A stretch of 64,000 bases of DNA, from the NCBI GenBank assembly GCA_963765575.1, contig CAVXWZ010000001.1:96001-160000 (forward strand). The letters are read 5' to 3'. A model generated the notes under the pieces. The model searched no databases. It had not been told where the DNA came from and worked only from the letters and a program-made list of their open reading frames with translations. This DNA is from an uncultured cyanobacterium (GTDB taxonomy: Bacteria > Cyanobacteriota > Cyanobacteriia > PCC-6307 > Cyanobiaceae). The position numbers were made by a program, and so were the translations under genes. Shown in pieces: positions 30,048 through 39,676 of the stretch (positions are counted from its first letter, which is position 1; each line of letters opens with the position of its first letter).

Positions 30048-30509
30048 TCAGCCGAACCAGTCCGGGAGGGCCTCGTAACAGGCGGCGTTCTTCTCGTTTT
30101 CGCGGGCTTCGCTCTTCCAGCAGCAGCTGCGGCCACCGTCGCGCTCCCGCAGCAGCTCATTGGCCCAGCTCCACACCAGGGCGGCGCTCGCCTCCATGCC
30201 CACGTTGGCCATCACGCGCAGATCCAGGGCACCCTGCCCATGCAACTGCCGCCAGCTGGGCAGCAGGGGGTCGTCGGCACTGGCCAGGAAGGTGTGGTCG
30301 AACTGGGCCGCGAGCCGCTGCTCCAGCTCCCGCAGACCTGAGAAATCCACCACGAAACCGTTGTCGTCGAGCCGGCTGGCCCGGAACCAGAAGCGGAAGC
30401 TGCGGCTGTAGCCGTGCACGAAGCGGCAATGGCCCCCATGGCGCCATTGGCGGTGGGTGCAGGGGTAGCCACTGAACGTCTTGCTGCAGGTGTGGAGCGG
30501 TGACGGCAT
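30048..30509 (-). CDS. queD: 6-carboxytetrahydropterin synthase
   Basis: [25 protein letters not shown]. Confidence 0.8.
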   Translation of the reverse strand: MPSPLHTCSKTFSGYPCTHRQWRHGGHCRFVHGYSRSFRFWFRASRLDDNGFVVDFSGLRELEQRLAAQFDHTFLASADDPLLPSWRQLHGQGALDLRVMANVGMEASAALVWSWANELLRERDGGRSCCWKSEARENEKNAACYEALPDWFG

Positions 30510-31224
30510 GGGGGAGGATCGAGGCAGCGGCAGCGCCAGGGCCTTGCAAGCATCATTTCAGCCCCCCGATCCGGCCTTCATCGCCGCCTTGCGTTTCAAC
30601 GACGCCGGCCTGCTTCCGGCCGTGGCCCAGGACTGGCTGGACGGCGCCGTGCTGATGGTCGCCTGGATGAACCGGGAGGCGATCGAGGCCACCTGTGCCA
30701 CTGGAGAGGTTCACTACTGGAGCCGCTCCCGCCAGCAGCTCTGGCACAAGGGCGCCACCAGCGGCCACATCCAGACCTTGCGGGGCCTGCGCTACGACTG
30801 CGACGCCGACGTGCTGTTGCTCACGGTGGAGCAGCGCGGCGAGGTGGCCTGCCACACCGGCGCCCGCAGCTGTTTCTACGAGGACGGACCCCAGCCCACG
30901 GCGGGGGGTGCCAGTGCTGCGCCGCCACCGGCCGACGCCTGCACCGAGCTGATGCGGGTGATCGAAGGCCGCCGGCTGCGGCCCGAGCCTGGCAGTTACA
31001 CCAACACGCTGCTGGAGGGAGGGGACAACCGCATCCTCAAGAAGATCGGTGAGGAGAGCGTCGAGTTCGTGATGGCCTGCAAGGACGGCCAGGCCGCCGA
31101 GATCGCTTCAGAGGCCGCCGACCTGGTGTTCCACCTGCAGGTGGCCCTGGCCCACCATGGCGTGGGCTGGCGACAGGTGCAGCAGGTGCTGGCGCACCGC
31201 CGCGGCGCGCCGCGGCGTTCCTGA
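30508..31224 (+). CDS. hisIE: Bifunctional phosphoribosyl-AMP cyclohydrolase/phosphoribosyl-ATP pyrophosphatase
   Basis: [43 protein letters not shown]; start at 30508 or 30544. Confidence 0.93.
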   Translation: MGEDRGSGSARALQASFQPPDPAFIAALRFNDAGLLPAVAQDWLDGAVLMVAWMNREAIEATCATGEVHYWSRSRQQLWHKGATSGHIQTLRGLRYDCDADVLLLTVEQRGEVACHTGARSCFYEDGPQPTAGGASAAPPPADACTELMRVIEGRRLRPEPGSYTNTLLEGGDNRILKKIGEESVEFVMACKDGQAAEIASEAADLVFHLQVALAHHGVGWRQVQQVLAHRRGAPRRS

Positions 31225-31275
31225 CCCAGAGCCAGCGCGCTTGAGACCGGGGCGGCGGGCTCCTAGCCTGAGCTG

Positions 31276-32139
31276 ATGTTGACAACGGTTCCCACCCCCA
31301 GTGCCGCTGCGGGGCCAGGCGCCCAGCCCGGGCCCCCTCCAGGCCCCGTGGCCGACCGGGAGTGCGTGCTGGAGGTGGACGGTCTGACCGTGGGTTGGGG
31401 AGCGGCGGTCGCGGAGCGGCCGGCGGTGGAAAACGTGAGCTTCCGCCTCGCCGCCGAGACGGACACCGCCCTGGTGGGCCCCAATGGCGCCGGCAAGAGC
31501 ACCCTGGTGCAGGCCGTGCTCGGCATCCTGCCCCGCCAGGCCGGAGCGGTGCGGGTGCTGGGGGCGCCGCTCTCGGCCAGTGGCCGACTGCCGGCGGCCG
31601 TGCGCGCCCAGGTGGCCTACCTGCCCCAGCAGGTGACGGTGAACGGCCGCTTCCCGCTCACGGTGGCGGAGGTGGTGGGCCTGGGTTGGGAGCCCAGCGG
31701 CCTGCGCCTTCCCTGGAGCGGACGCCGGGGCCGCAGCGCCGCCGTGCGGGTGGCCCTGGAGCGCACCGGCTGCAGCGACCTGGCCGGGCGCCTGATCAGT
31801 GAGCTGTCCACCGGCCAGTGGAAGCGGGTGCTGCTGGCCTTCTGCGTCGTGCGTCCGCGGCGGCTGCTGGTGCTCGATGAAGCCCAGGCGGGGCTGGATC
31901 CCCAGGCCGCCGACCAATTCCTGCGCCTGTTGTTCGACCTGCGCCGCAGTCAGGGCTGGGCCGTGCTGCAGATCTCCCACGACCTGGAGATGGTGCGACG
32001 AACCTGTGACCGGGTGCTCTGCCTCAACCGCAGCCTGCGCTGCCAGGGCAGCCCCGAGGTCGCCCTCAGCCCCGCCCAGCTCGAGCGCCTCTACGGCCGC
32101 AGCTACGTGCCCTATCACCACCAGCACCACCAACCGTGA
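31276..32139 (+). CDS. znuC: Zinc ABC ATP-binding protein
   Basis: GPNGAGKST, YLPQ, SHDL, CLNR, His-rich C-terminus YHHQHHQ. Confidence 0.82.
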   Translation: MLTTVPTPSAAAGPGAQPGPPPGPVADRECVLEVDGLTVGWGAAVAERPAVENVSFRLAAETDTALVGPNGAGKSTLVQAVLGILPRQAGAVRVLGAPLSASGRLPAAVRAQVAYLPQQVTVNGRFPLTVAEVVGLGWEPSGLRLPWSGRRGRSAAVRVALERTGCSDLAGRLISELSTGQWKRVLLAFCVVRPRRLLVLDEAQAGLDPQAADQFLRLLFDLRRSQGWAVLQISHDLEMVRRTCDRVLCLNRSLRCQGSPEVALSPAQLERLYGRSYVPYHHQHHQP

Positions 32140-33014
32140 GCCTTCCCGGCGCGGAGTGGCTGGAGCTGCTGCGCTTTCCATTCATGCAACGGGCCCTGCT
32201 GGCCGGACTGCTCAGCGGCTCCCTCGGGGGTCTGCTGGGCAGTGTGGCGGTGCTGCGCCAGCTCTCCTTTTTCAGCGATGCCCTGGGCCACTCCGCCCTG
32301 CTGGGCATCAGCCTGGGGCTGCTGCTGGGGGTCGAGCCCACCCTGGTGCTGATCCCCTTCGCGGTGTTCTTCGCCCTGGTGGTGTCCCAGCTGGTGGAGC
32401 GCAGCCGGCTGCCCAGCGACGCCCTGCTCAACATCGTCTACTCGTCGTCGCTGGCGATCGCCGTGGTGGTGCTGCGGCTGCTGTCGGCGCGGGGCGGCAG
32501 CCTCGAGCAGCTGCTGTTCGGCGACATCCTGGCCGTGTCCTGGGGGGATCTGGCCCGCCAGGGGCTGCTGCTGGCGGCGGTGGTGATCTATCTGCTGCTC
32601 ACCCGCCGCGCCCAGATCCTGGTGAGCCTGGATCGGGGCCTGGCGGTGAGCCAGGGGGTGGCGGTGGACCAGCAGCGGCTGCTGTTTGTGGTTGTGCTGG
32701 CGGTGGTGGTGGCCCTCTCGATCAAGGCGGTGGGGGTGCTGTTGATCAGCGCCTTTGTGGTGATCCCCGCCTGCTCCGCCCGTCTGCTCAGCACCAGCTT
32801 CGCCGTCTATGGCCCGCTGGCCAGCGGCATCGGCGCCAGCTGCGGGGTGGGCGGCCTGCTGGTCTCCGGAGCCTTCAACCTGCCCTCCGGCCCCTGCGTG
32901 GTGATCCTGCAGCTGGCCTGCTTCCTGCTCGCCCTGCTGGTGGTGAGTTCCAGGCGTCGCGGACTCAGGGCTGGGGGGGTGGCTCCAGCCAGCGCTCCGC
33001 CAGCGGCTGGCTGA
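32136..33014 (+). CDS. znuB: Zinc ABC permease
   Basis: FMQRAL, FFSDALGHSALLG, LLFGDIL, PSGP. Confidence 0.82.
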   Translation: MSLPGAEWLELLRFPFMQRALLAGLLSGSLGGLLGSVAVLRQLSFFSDALGHSALLGISLGLLLGVEPTLVLIPFAVFFALVVSQLVERSRLPSDALLNIVYSSSLAIAVVVLRLLSARGGSLEQLLFGDILAVSWGDLARQGLLLAAVVIYLLLTRRAQILVSLDRGLAVSQGVAVDQQRLLFVVVLAVVVALSIKAVGVLLISAFVVIPACSARLLSTSFAVYGPLASGIGASCGVGGLLVSGAFNLPSGPCVVILQLACFLLALLVVSSRRRGLRAGGVAPASAPPAAG

Positions 33015-33747
33015 GCCGCAGCCCGGCCTGATCCTGCAGCCATTGCAGCGTGGCGCGATCGCGCGGGCTGAGGCTGCGGACCGGCGCCGCCGTGGGCACA
33101 GCGGCCATGGCATCGGCGGGATCTTCGCTGTGGCCCCAGAGGCCGAAGGCATGGCCCAGTTCATGCAGGGCCGTGGCCTCTGTGGCCTGGGGGCGCTGCC
33201 CCGGACTGATGCTGACGCTCACCTGCGGCTCCAGCGCCAGCTCGCCAAGGCGCCGCACCAGCCGCAGCTGCAACTCGGCGCGCCCGTGGCTGGCCCGGCG
33301 CCCGCGCAGGGGCGGCCGCCGCCGCCACACCACCACCTGGGCCCGCTCGGGATCCTCCACCACGCTGAGCGGCAGCAGCTCCTGCCAGCTGGTCACGGCC
33401 GCCCGCACTGCCCTGTCCCAGGCCTGGTCCCAGCGGGCGGCGGGACCTTCCGTGGCTCCGGGTTCGATCCACAGGCACCAGTGGGCGCGGCGCGGCCAGC
33501 CGTAGGGGGTGGGCCGCAGGCGGTGCCGGTAGTCGGCGCCGGCGGGATCCGGGGCCGGTGCGGCGGTGGCTGCCGGCTGGCCGGACGAGCTGGCGGCTGA
33601 GCTGGCGGCTGGCGCCAGCACCTGCTGGGCTTCGGCCACCGGACAGGCCTCCTGAGCCCCATGGGCTGAAGGGGCGTGGAGCAGCGGTTGCAGGGCCAGC
33701 AGCGTTGTCACCGCCAGGCCCGGCAGCCTGCGGGTGGGCCCACCCAT
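32965..33747 (-). CDS. Secreted zinc metallopeptidase (matrixin-like)
   Basis: HELGHAFGLWGHS plus Met-turn DAM. Confidence 0.8.
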   Translation of the reverse strand: MGGPTRRLPGLAVTTLLALQPLLHAPSAHGAQEACPVAEAQQVLAPAASSAASSSGQPAATAAPAPDPAGADYRHRLRPTPYGWPRRAHWCLWIEPGATEGPAARWDQAWDRAVRAAVTSWQELLPLSVVEDPERAQVVVWRRRPPLRGRRASHGRAELQLRLVRRLGELALEPQVSVSISPGQRPQATEATALHELGHAFGLWGHSEDPADAMAAVPTAAPVRSLSPRDRATLQWLQDQAGLRLSQPLAERWLEPPPQP

Positions 33748-34259
33748 CAGCCCGCCAGGCCGCCCGGCAGCCCCACGCCCCGCGCCATCAGGGTGGCGAG
33801 CATGGGGATGAGGGCAAAGCCCACCAGTTCGATGTTGAGAATCCAGGCCAGGCGGCCAGCCAAGGCTTCGCTCACCTGGGGCAGCTCGCCCTTGCGCAGT
33901 GGGATCGCCCAGAGGATGTAGGTGATGGTGGGGTAAAGCGAGAGGCTGCCCACCGCCACATACACGCCCACCTTCCACCAGAACAGGGGGTTCTCGGTGT
34001 AGAAGGCGCTGCCCTGGCCGAAATAGAGCACGCGCAGAATGCCGCTCCCCAGCAGGGCCAGGGCCGCCAGGCCATACACCACATCAGTGATCACCATCAA
34101 GGTGGCGTCAGCCTTGCCGGGGTTGGGGCGGATCAGGCGTCGCTCCAGAACAAGGGCCCCGAAGCACACCATGAAGCTCAGGTAGTGCACATAGGCCACG
34201 CCGGCGCGGCTGAGTACGTCGGCCGGAATGGCGCCAAACCCTGTGGCGAACCCGATCAT
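33747..34259 (-). CDS. DUF2214 family membrane protein
   Basis: AYVHYL, D..YG, GILRV..G.G..FY..NPLFWWK, LMARGVG. Confidence 0.8.
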   Translation of the reverse strand: MIGFATGFGAIPADVLSRAGVAYVHYLSFMVCFGALVLERRLIRPNPGKADATLMVITDVVYGLAALALLGSGILRVLYFGQGSAFYTENPLFWWKVGVYVAVGSLSLYPTITYILWAIPLRKGELPQVSEALAGRLAWILNIELVGFALIPMLATLMARGVGLPGGLAG

Positions 34260-34504
34260 GCAGGAATCAGCAACATCCGCAACCGTAGCGAGAGCTGCGG
34301 CTGCCGCGGCGCCGCCGCTGGCCCAGTCCGGGCTGGGGGCGAGGGCCCGGCGATGCTGATGGGTAAATCAGCACAGTTGTTCGTTACACGCAGCCGCAAC
34401 CGGGTCAGCAGCGCTGGACGTGTTTCAGAAGTCGGAAGTTTTTCCAAGGGTTTCTCCGTCACAGCCAGGCGTCCTTAGGTTCAAGCCAGTGCAGGAAGCA
34501 ATCC

Positions 34505-35425
34505 ATGGCCAGCGCGTTGAGCAGCTACCTGGGTGAGATCGGTCGCCATCAGTTGCTCACCCCCGAGCAGGAGCTCACCCTCGGCCGCAAGGTGCAGGCC
34601 ATGGCCGGCCTCCAGGAACGCTGTCGGGCCGCCGGTGGTGAGGGCGCGGCCTGCGAGTACAGCGATGTGGAGCGCCGCACCCTGCGGCTGGGGGAGCGGG
34701 CCAAGAACCAGATGATCACCGCCAACCTGCGCCTGGTGGTGAACCTGGCCAAGCGCTACCAGAACAAGGGCCTCGATCTGCTCGATCTGATCCAGGAGGG
34801 CACGCTCGGGCTCACCCGGGCGGTGGAGAAATACGACCCCACCCGCGGGCACCGCTTCAGCACCTACGCCTACTGGTGGATCCGTCAGGGCCTCAACCGG
34901 GCCCTCTCCACCCAGAGCCGCACGATCCGCATCCCGGTGAATGTGAACGAGAAGCTCACCCGGCTGCGGGCCGCCAAGGCGCGCCACCTGCAGGCCCACG
35001 GGGTGTCGGCTTCGCCGGTGCAGCTGGCCCAGGCTCTCAACCTGCCCGTGGCCGATGTGGAGGATCTGCTGGCCTGCGAGCTGCGCAGCATCACCGTGAG
35101 CCTGCAGGGGGTGGTGAAGTCGAAGTCCGACCCCTCCGAACTGGTGGATGTGCTGCCCAGCCCCGATCCGGCGCCGATGGAGCGCGCCGAACTGGCCGAA
35201 CGCAGTGCCACGGTGTGGAAGCTGCTGGATCGTTCCAACCTCACCCCGAAGGAGCGCACGGTGGTGATGCTGCGCTTCGGGCTCGATGGCAGCCACGAGT
35301 GGCGCACCCTGGCGGAGGTGGCTCGCCAGCTGGGTTGCAGCCGCGAATACTGCCGTCAGGTGGTGCAGCGGGCGCTGCGCAAGCTGCGGAAAACCGGAAT
35401 CGACAGCGGCCTCGTGGACGTCTGA
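34505..35425 (+). CDS. Group 2 sigma-70 factor
   Basis: YLGEIGR, ANLRLVV, DLIQEG, FSTYAYWWIRQ, region 4 HTH; no region 1.1. Confidence 0.92.
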   Translation: MASALSSYLGEIGRHQLLTPEQELTLGRKVQAMAGLQERCRAAGGEGAACEYSDVERRTLRLGERAKNQMITANLRLVVNLAKRYQNKGLDLLDLIQEGTLGLTRAVEKYDPTRGHRFSTYAYWWIRQGLNRALSTQSRTIRIPVNVNEKLTRLRAAKARHLQAHGVSASPVQLAQALNLPVADVEDLLACELRSITVSLQGVVKSKSDPSELVDVLPSPDPAPMERAELAERSATVWKLLDRSNLTPKERTVVMLRFGLDGSHEWRTLAEVARQLGCSREYCRQVVQRALRKLRKTGIDSGLVDV

Positions 35426-35462
35426 ACAGTCAACAATGATTGGGTTGACCGCCTGATTGGTC

Positions 35463-35903
35463 GTGACCCAAGCCGTACAAACCCAGCCCGTAACCGCTGA
35501 TCCCGTAACCGCAGATCCCGTGAACACCGATTCAGTGAACGCCGATTCCGTGAACACCGATTCAGTGGATGCTGAGGTGCTGGAGAGCAGCGTCGTCGAC
35601 GAGGCGCTGCTGCTGCGGCTCCTGCGCCGCGCCGGGCGCCTGGTCGCCCGTCCCGCCATCGAGTGTCTCGAGATGCTGCTGGACGCCGACACCCCCTCGT
35701 CGGCGAAGGTGACGGTGTTGGCGGCCCTCACCTACCTGCTGCTGCCCCTCGATCTGATCCCCGACTTCATTCCCGCCGTGGGCTTCAGTGACGATCTGGT
35801 GGCGCTGACCGCCTTGCTGGGCATCTGCGGCAGCCATCGCACCGAGGCGATCCGCACCCGGGCCCAGCGCCGGCTCGATCGCTGGTTCCCCAGCGGTCGC
35901 TGA
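35463..35903 (+). CDS. YkvA/DUF1232 family protein with N-terminal repeats
   Basis: ALTYLLLPLDLIPDFIPAVGFSDD. Confidence 0.85.
   Translation: MTQAVQTQPVTADPVTADPVNTDSVNADSVNTDSVDAEVLESSVVDEALLLRLLRRAGRLVARPAIECLEMLLDADTPSSAKVTVLAALTYLLLPLDLIPDFIPAVGFSDDLVALTALLGICGSHRTEAIRTRAQRRLDRWFPSGR
35487..35576 (+). repeat. Six degenerate 15-bp tandem repeats
   Basis: Encodes PVTAD PVTAD PVNTD SVNAD SVNTD SVDAE. Confidence 0.85.
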
Positions 35904-35908
35904 CGGCA

Positions 35909-36298
35909 ATGGCGAGCCTCAGCACCGAGCAACTCGAGGATCTGCAGGTCTTCCTGAAGGACTGGCTGCGCCATGCCGGCCGCACCCAGTCCGATCTGCG
36001 CCGGGCCCTCAAGGCCGGATCGATCCGCATGCCGGTGCTGCTCGATGCGCTGCAGGCCACCTTCGGCCAGCGGGGCCTGGCCGGGCTGGCCGCCCAGCTG
36101 TGCGAGATCGAGGCGCGCTGGGACCAGGAGGGGACCCGGGGGCCAGGGGATCGCCCCGGCCGGGGGGCGGCGCTCACGGATTCGCCTGGCCGGCTGGATT
36201 CGCCTGGCCCGCCAGATGCCTCGGCTGAGACCGATGCGCTCGGCCAGCTCGATCTGCTGCTCCAGGAGATCCGGGGCGATGTCGGCTCGCCCGATTAG
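35909..36298 (+). CDS. Hypothetical protein
   Basis: 129 aa, operon spacing, typical codon usage. Confidence 0.7.
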   Translation: MASLSTEQLEDLQVFLKDWLRHAGRTQSDLRRALKAGSIRMPVLLDALQATFGQRGLAGLAAQLCEIEARWDQEGTRGPGDRPGRGAALTDSPGRLDSPGPPDASAETDALGQLDLLLQEIRGDVGSPD

Positions 36299-36393
36299 CC
36301 CATCAGCCCTGATTCCACCCACCCGCGCAGATCGCAGTGCAGGTGCCGGATCGGCCCGGTTTGACGTCGGCGTGGCTGGGTAGGCTCCAGCCC

Positions 36394-37320
36394 ATGCTGA
36401 CCCTGCTCACCCGCAAGAAGCGCTTCGGGGACCCATGGGTCGGCCAGCCGCTGCTGAACCGCCGCTTCGGCCTGCACCGCCGGCGCATGCGCCTGGCCGA
36501 TGGCTTCTGCCGCTGGCGCCGCTGGCTGATCCGGCCCAGCGGTGCTGGTCTGCCGGCGGGTGCCCTCGACACCCTGGCCCGCGAGGGCTGTCTGCAGATC
36601 CCCGACTTTCTTCCCCAGGCCTGCTTCGAGGCCCTGCAACGGGAGGCGGAGCAGGCCGTGGCCCGCGCTGCCGAGGCCCGGCCGATCGGCCGCAACAAGC
36701 GGCTCGGCTACCAGAGCAAGCGGCCGTTCGCCGGTGGTTTCGATCGCTTCGACGGCGGCACCCTCAACCGCTTCCTGCGCATCGATCCAGGCTCGATGCC
36801 GGCGGCGGAGCGCTTCAGCCGGGATCCCCGGCTCACGGCCTGCGCGCGCACGCTCATCGGCCTGCCCACCGATCCCAGCCATCTGGAGATCTACCTCACC
36901 GTGCACGGCGCGGAGTCGCGCACACCGGATCTGCAGAAGGTGCTGCACCGCGACACCTTCTTCCGCGCTCTGAAGTTCTGGTATTTCCTGCGACCCGTCG
37001 GCCCCGAGGACGGCCCCTTCGTCTACGTGCCTGGCAGCCACAGGCTTGATCGCCCCCGCTTGCAGTGGGAGCAGGCCATGGCCAACGAGGCGATCGCCAC
37101 CAGGGCCATGCCCAACCTCGGCGGCTCCTTCCGCATCCGCGAGTCGGACCTCCCCAGCCTGGGCCTGCCCGCCCCCGTGACCTTCGCCTGCCCTGCCAAC
37201 ACCCTGGTGCTGGCGGATGTGCTGGGTTTCCATCGCCGCGGCGACGCCCCCGCCGGGCGCCAGCGTCTGGGGCTCTATGGCTGGCTGCGGCCCTATCCCT
37301 TTCTGCCCCTCCCCTGGTGA
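36394..37320 (+). CDS. PhyH-like Fe(II)/2-oxoglutarate dioxygenase
   Basis: LHRD, DGPFVYVPGSH, GFHRRG. Confidence 0.82.
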   Translation: MLTLLTRKKRFGDPWVGQPLLNRRFGLHRRRMRLADGFCRWRRWLIRPSGAGLPAGALDTLAREGCLQIPDFLPQACFEALQREAEQAVARAAEARPIGRNKRLGYQSKRPFAGGFDRFDGGTLNRFLRIDPGSMPAAERFSRDPRLTACARTLIGLPTDPSHLEIYLTVHGAESRTPDLQKVLHRDTFFRALKFWYFLRPVGPEDGPFVYVPGSHRLDRPRLQWEQAMANEAIATRAMPNLGGSFRIRESDLPSLGLPAPVTFACPANTLVLADVLGFHRRGDAPAGRQRLGLYGWLRPYPFLPLPW

Positions 37321-37383
37321 ACGCCCTGCCGCGGCGCCGGCATCGCCAGGCAGAGTGGGGGTAACCGTCACCGGGTGAGTGTC

Positions 37384-37668
37384 ATGTCCCATCGAGGCCC
37401 ATCGCGCTCGAGCCTTCCCTGTCCCACCGCCGCAGCCCTGCTGCCGCTGCTCACGGGGCTGGCCCTGGCCCTGACGACGGCGGCGCCGGCCCTGGCCCAG
37501 CGCCAGACCTTCATGCGCGGCCCCGGCAGCGCGGTGGGTCCCGACACCCAGGTGGTGCCCACCAACTGCGTCACCGCCCCGGACGGCACCATCACCTGCG
37601 ACACCGAGCTGGTCAATCCGCCTGGCCGTACGCCCGCCCGTCCCAGTCTTGAACTGTTCGAGAACTGA
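37384..37668 (+). CDS. Small secreted hypothetical protein
   Basis: Signal peptide; NCVTAPDGTITCDT. Confidence 0.65.
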   Translation: MSHRGPSRSSLPCPTAAALLPLLTGLALALTTAAPALAQRQTFMRGPGSAVGPDTQVVPTNCVTAPDGTITCDTELVNPPGRTPARPSLELFEN

Positions 37669-37682
37669 GCCCGGCTGACCTG

Positions 37683-38180
37683 ATGCCCTTTCAGCGGTTG
37701 CGGCGTCTGTTCGATGACGCCAATTACCTCCATTGGATCGATCGCACCGAGCAGCAGCTCGCCAAGCTGCTTGGCGTGCTGCTCGTGGTGGTCATGGTTG
37801 CCGCCACCCTGCAGCTGGTGGTCGAGGTGGTCCTGGCCCTGATGGTGCCGGGTACCCCCTGGCTGGGCGACAAGCTCAACAAGGTGCTCGGCGATCTGCT
37901 CAATCTGTTGATCGCCCTTGAGGTGCTGCAGAACATCACCTCCTACCTGCGCCGCCATGTGGTGCAGATCGAGTTGGTGCTGCTCACGGCCATGACCGCC
38001 GTGGCCCGTAAGGTGATCGTGCTGCCGCCGGGAGCTGAGGGCAAGCCCCAGCTCCTGGGTGGCCTTGGCGTGGCGGTGCTGGCCCTGGCCGGCGCGTTCT
38101 GGCTGGTGCGGTCGCTCACCCTGCGCAAGTCTCCCGCCAGAACAGGGCCAGCCATACGGATCCGGGCTCCCCGTCGGTAG
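37683..38180 (+). CDS. PsiE family membrane protein
   Basis: LIALEVLQNITSYL, TAMTAVARKVI. Confidence 0.82.
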   Translation: MPFQRLRRLFDDANYLHWIDRTEQQLAKLLGVLLVVVMVAATLQLVVEVVLALMVPGTPWLGDKLNKVLGDLLNLLIALEVLQNITSYLRRHVVQIELVLLTAMTAVARKVIVLPPGAEGKPQLLGGLGVAVLALAGAFWLVRSLTLRKSPARTGPAIRIRAPRR

Positions 38181-38658
38181 CTTCAACCCGGTGGCGCCGG
38201 TGGGCCGGGATCAGCAGGGTGTCGCCGCGGCACAGCTCCCGATCCTCCCAGGTTTCCCCAGGTGCGGCTCCGGCGAGGCGCAAGCGGGCCGTGCCCTGCA
38301 ACAGGGTGATCCACTCATGGTCGCTCTGGTCGTACCAGAAGTCGGGCGGACTGCTGGCCCGGCAGGAGTGGATGCGCTCCAGCCGCCAGCTCTCTCCACG
38401 GGCCAGCACGCTGCTCAGCTCCTGGCCGGCCGGCGGGCAGGGTCCGGCCAGCAGGTTGTCCGCCGCGCCGGAAGCCGCCGCCTCCCCCCAGCGCCGGCCG
38501 ATCTCGAAGCCATGGCAGCGGGCCAGGGCCACCACCTCGTGGTGGTGGCTGCACTGGCGCAGGGCTTCGCGCAGCAGCGGGTCGGCCTCGCTGAGGGCCA
38601 CGAAAGCCTGGAGCTGGCGCACTTTCTCAAGGAACTGCTGCAGCTGCGCTTCAGCCAT
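38116..38658 (-). CDS. Nif11-domain/cupin fusion protein
   Basis: N-terminal QLQQFLEKV...EVVALARCHGF (Nif11-like); C-terminal LERIHS, WYDQSDHEW, IPAHRRHRV (cupin). Confidence 0.8.
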   Translation of the reverse strand: MAEAQLQQFLEKVRQLQAFVALSEADPLLREALRQCSHHHEVVALARCHGFEIGRRWGEAAASGAADNLLAGPCPPAGQELSSVLARGESWRLERIHSCRASSPPDFWYDQSDHEWITLLQGTARLRLAGAAPGETWEDRELCRGDTLLIPAHRRHRVEATDGEPGSVWLALFWRETCAG

Positions 38659-39214
38659 CGCTCCCGCCTGGGTGGGGGGGAACAAGCTCTCTGACCATGC
38701 GCCAGCGCTGGAATCGGGCCCCGGCGAACAGGACGGTTTCCTCGGCCTCCACCTGCCAGCCGTGGCGCACCAGCAGGGGCCGCGAGAGCTGGCTGGCCTC
38801 GGTGCGCAGCCGCTGCCGACCTGCGCCGCGGGCATGGTCCTCCAGGGCTCGCAGGATGGCGCTTGCCCGGCCCTGCCTGCAGGCACGGCCGCGGCAGTAG
38901 AGCAGGGCCAGCCGATCCCCGGGGTGCAGCACCCCGAAGGCTTCGATGCTGGTCGCTGTCTCGCTCAGCCCGCTGCCGGCGGCGGCCAGGGGGGCTGTGC
39001 TGGCTAGCCCGAAGCCCTCCCGCAGGGGCTGGCGCAGGGCCCCGGAGCGGGCGGGGTGGTGGGCCCAGGCATCGATCTGCCCGGTGCTGTAGCGGCCGCT
39101 TGTCTGGCTCAGCACCGCATCGCGATACACATCCACCAGCGCGTCGTGGTCGTCGATCTCCAGCTCACGCAAGGCAGCTCCAGGCCAGCGGCCAGCGGGC
39201 ACGTGTTCGACCAC
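38651..39214 (-). CDS. GNAT acetyltransferase (YafP-like)
   Basis: YSTGQIDAW, RQGRASAIL, LRTEASQLSRPL. Confidence 0.82.
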   Translation of the reverse strand: MVEHVPAGRWPGAALRELEIDDHDALVDVYRDAVLSQTSGRYSTGQIDAWAHHPARSGALRQPLREGFGLASTAPLAAAGSGLSETATSIEAFGVLHPGDRLALLYCRGRACRQGRASAILRALEDHARGAGRQRLRTEASQLSRPLLVRHGWQVEAEETVLFAGARFQRWRMVRELVPPHPGGSDG

Positions 39215-39243
39215 GGCCAGATCGGCATGCGAGACACTCCATC

Positions 39244-39672
39244 ATGATCGCGGCCCGGCGCCACACTGACCCCACCCGCCGCGCCCGGACCTTGATCTCG
39301 CCGTCATCCCGCCCGATCACTGGGGCGCCGCTGCCGAAGAGGGCGCCGCTGCTGGGACTGGTGCTGCTGCTGGTGGTCCTGCTGGGCCTGCCCACCTCGG
39401 TGCGGGCCGATCCCGGCAAGGGAGAACAACTGTTCGAGGCCCACTGCGCCGCCTGTCACCTCCAGGGGGGCAACATCATCCGCCGCCGCAAGACCCTCAA
39501 GCTCGCGGCCCTGGAGCGGGAGGGTCATGCCTCCCAGGCGGCGATCGCCGCCATCGCCGCCGCCGGCGTGGGCCAGATGTCCGGGTATGGCGAGGTGCTG
39601 GGGGACGACGGCGCCGAGGCCGTGGCCGCCTGGGTGTGGCAACAGGCCCAGGCGGGCTGGCCGCGGGCCTGA
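39244..39672 (+). CDS. Cytochrome c6-like protein (start uncertain)
   Basis: Signal peptide, CAACH, GGNII, GQM axial Met, C-terminal GW. Confidence 0.85.
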   Translation: MIAARRHTDPTRRARTLISPSSRPITGAPLPKRAPLLGLVLLLVVLLGLPTSVRADPGKGEQLFEAHCAACHLQGGNIIRRRKTLKLAALEREGHASQAAIAAIAAAGVGQMSGYGEVLGDDGAEAVAAWVWQQAQAGWPRA

Positions 39673-39676
39673 GTGC

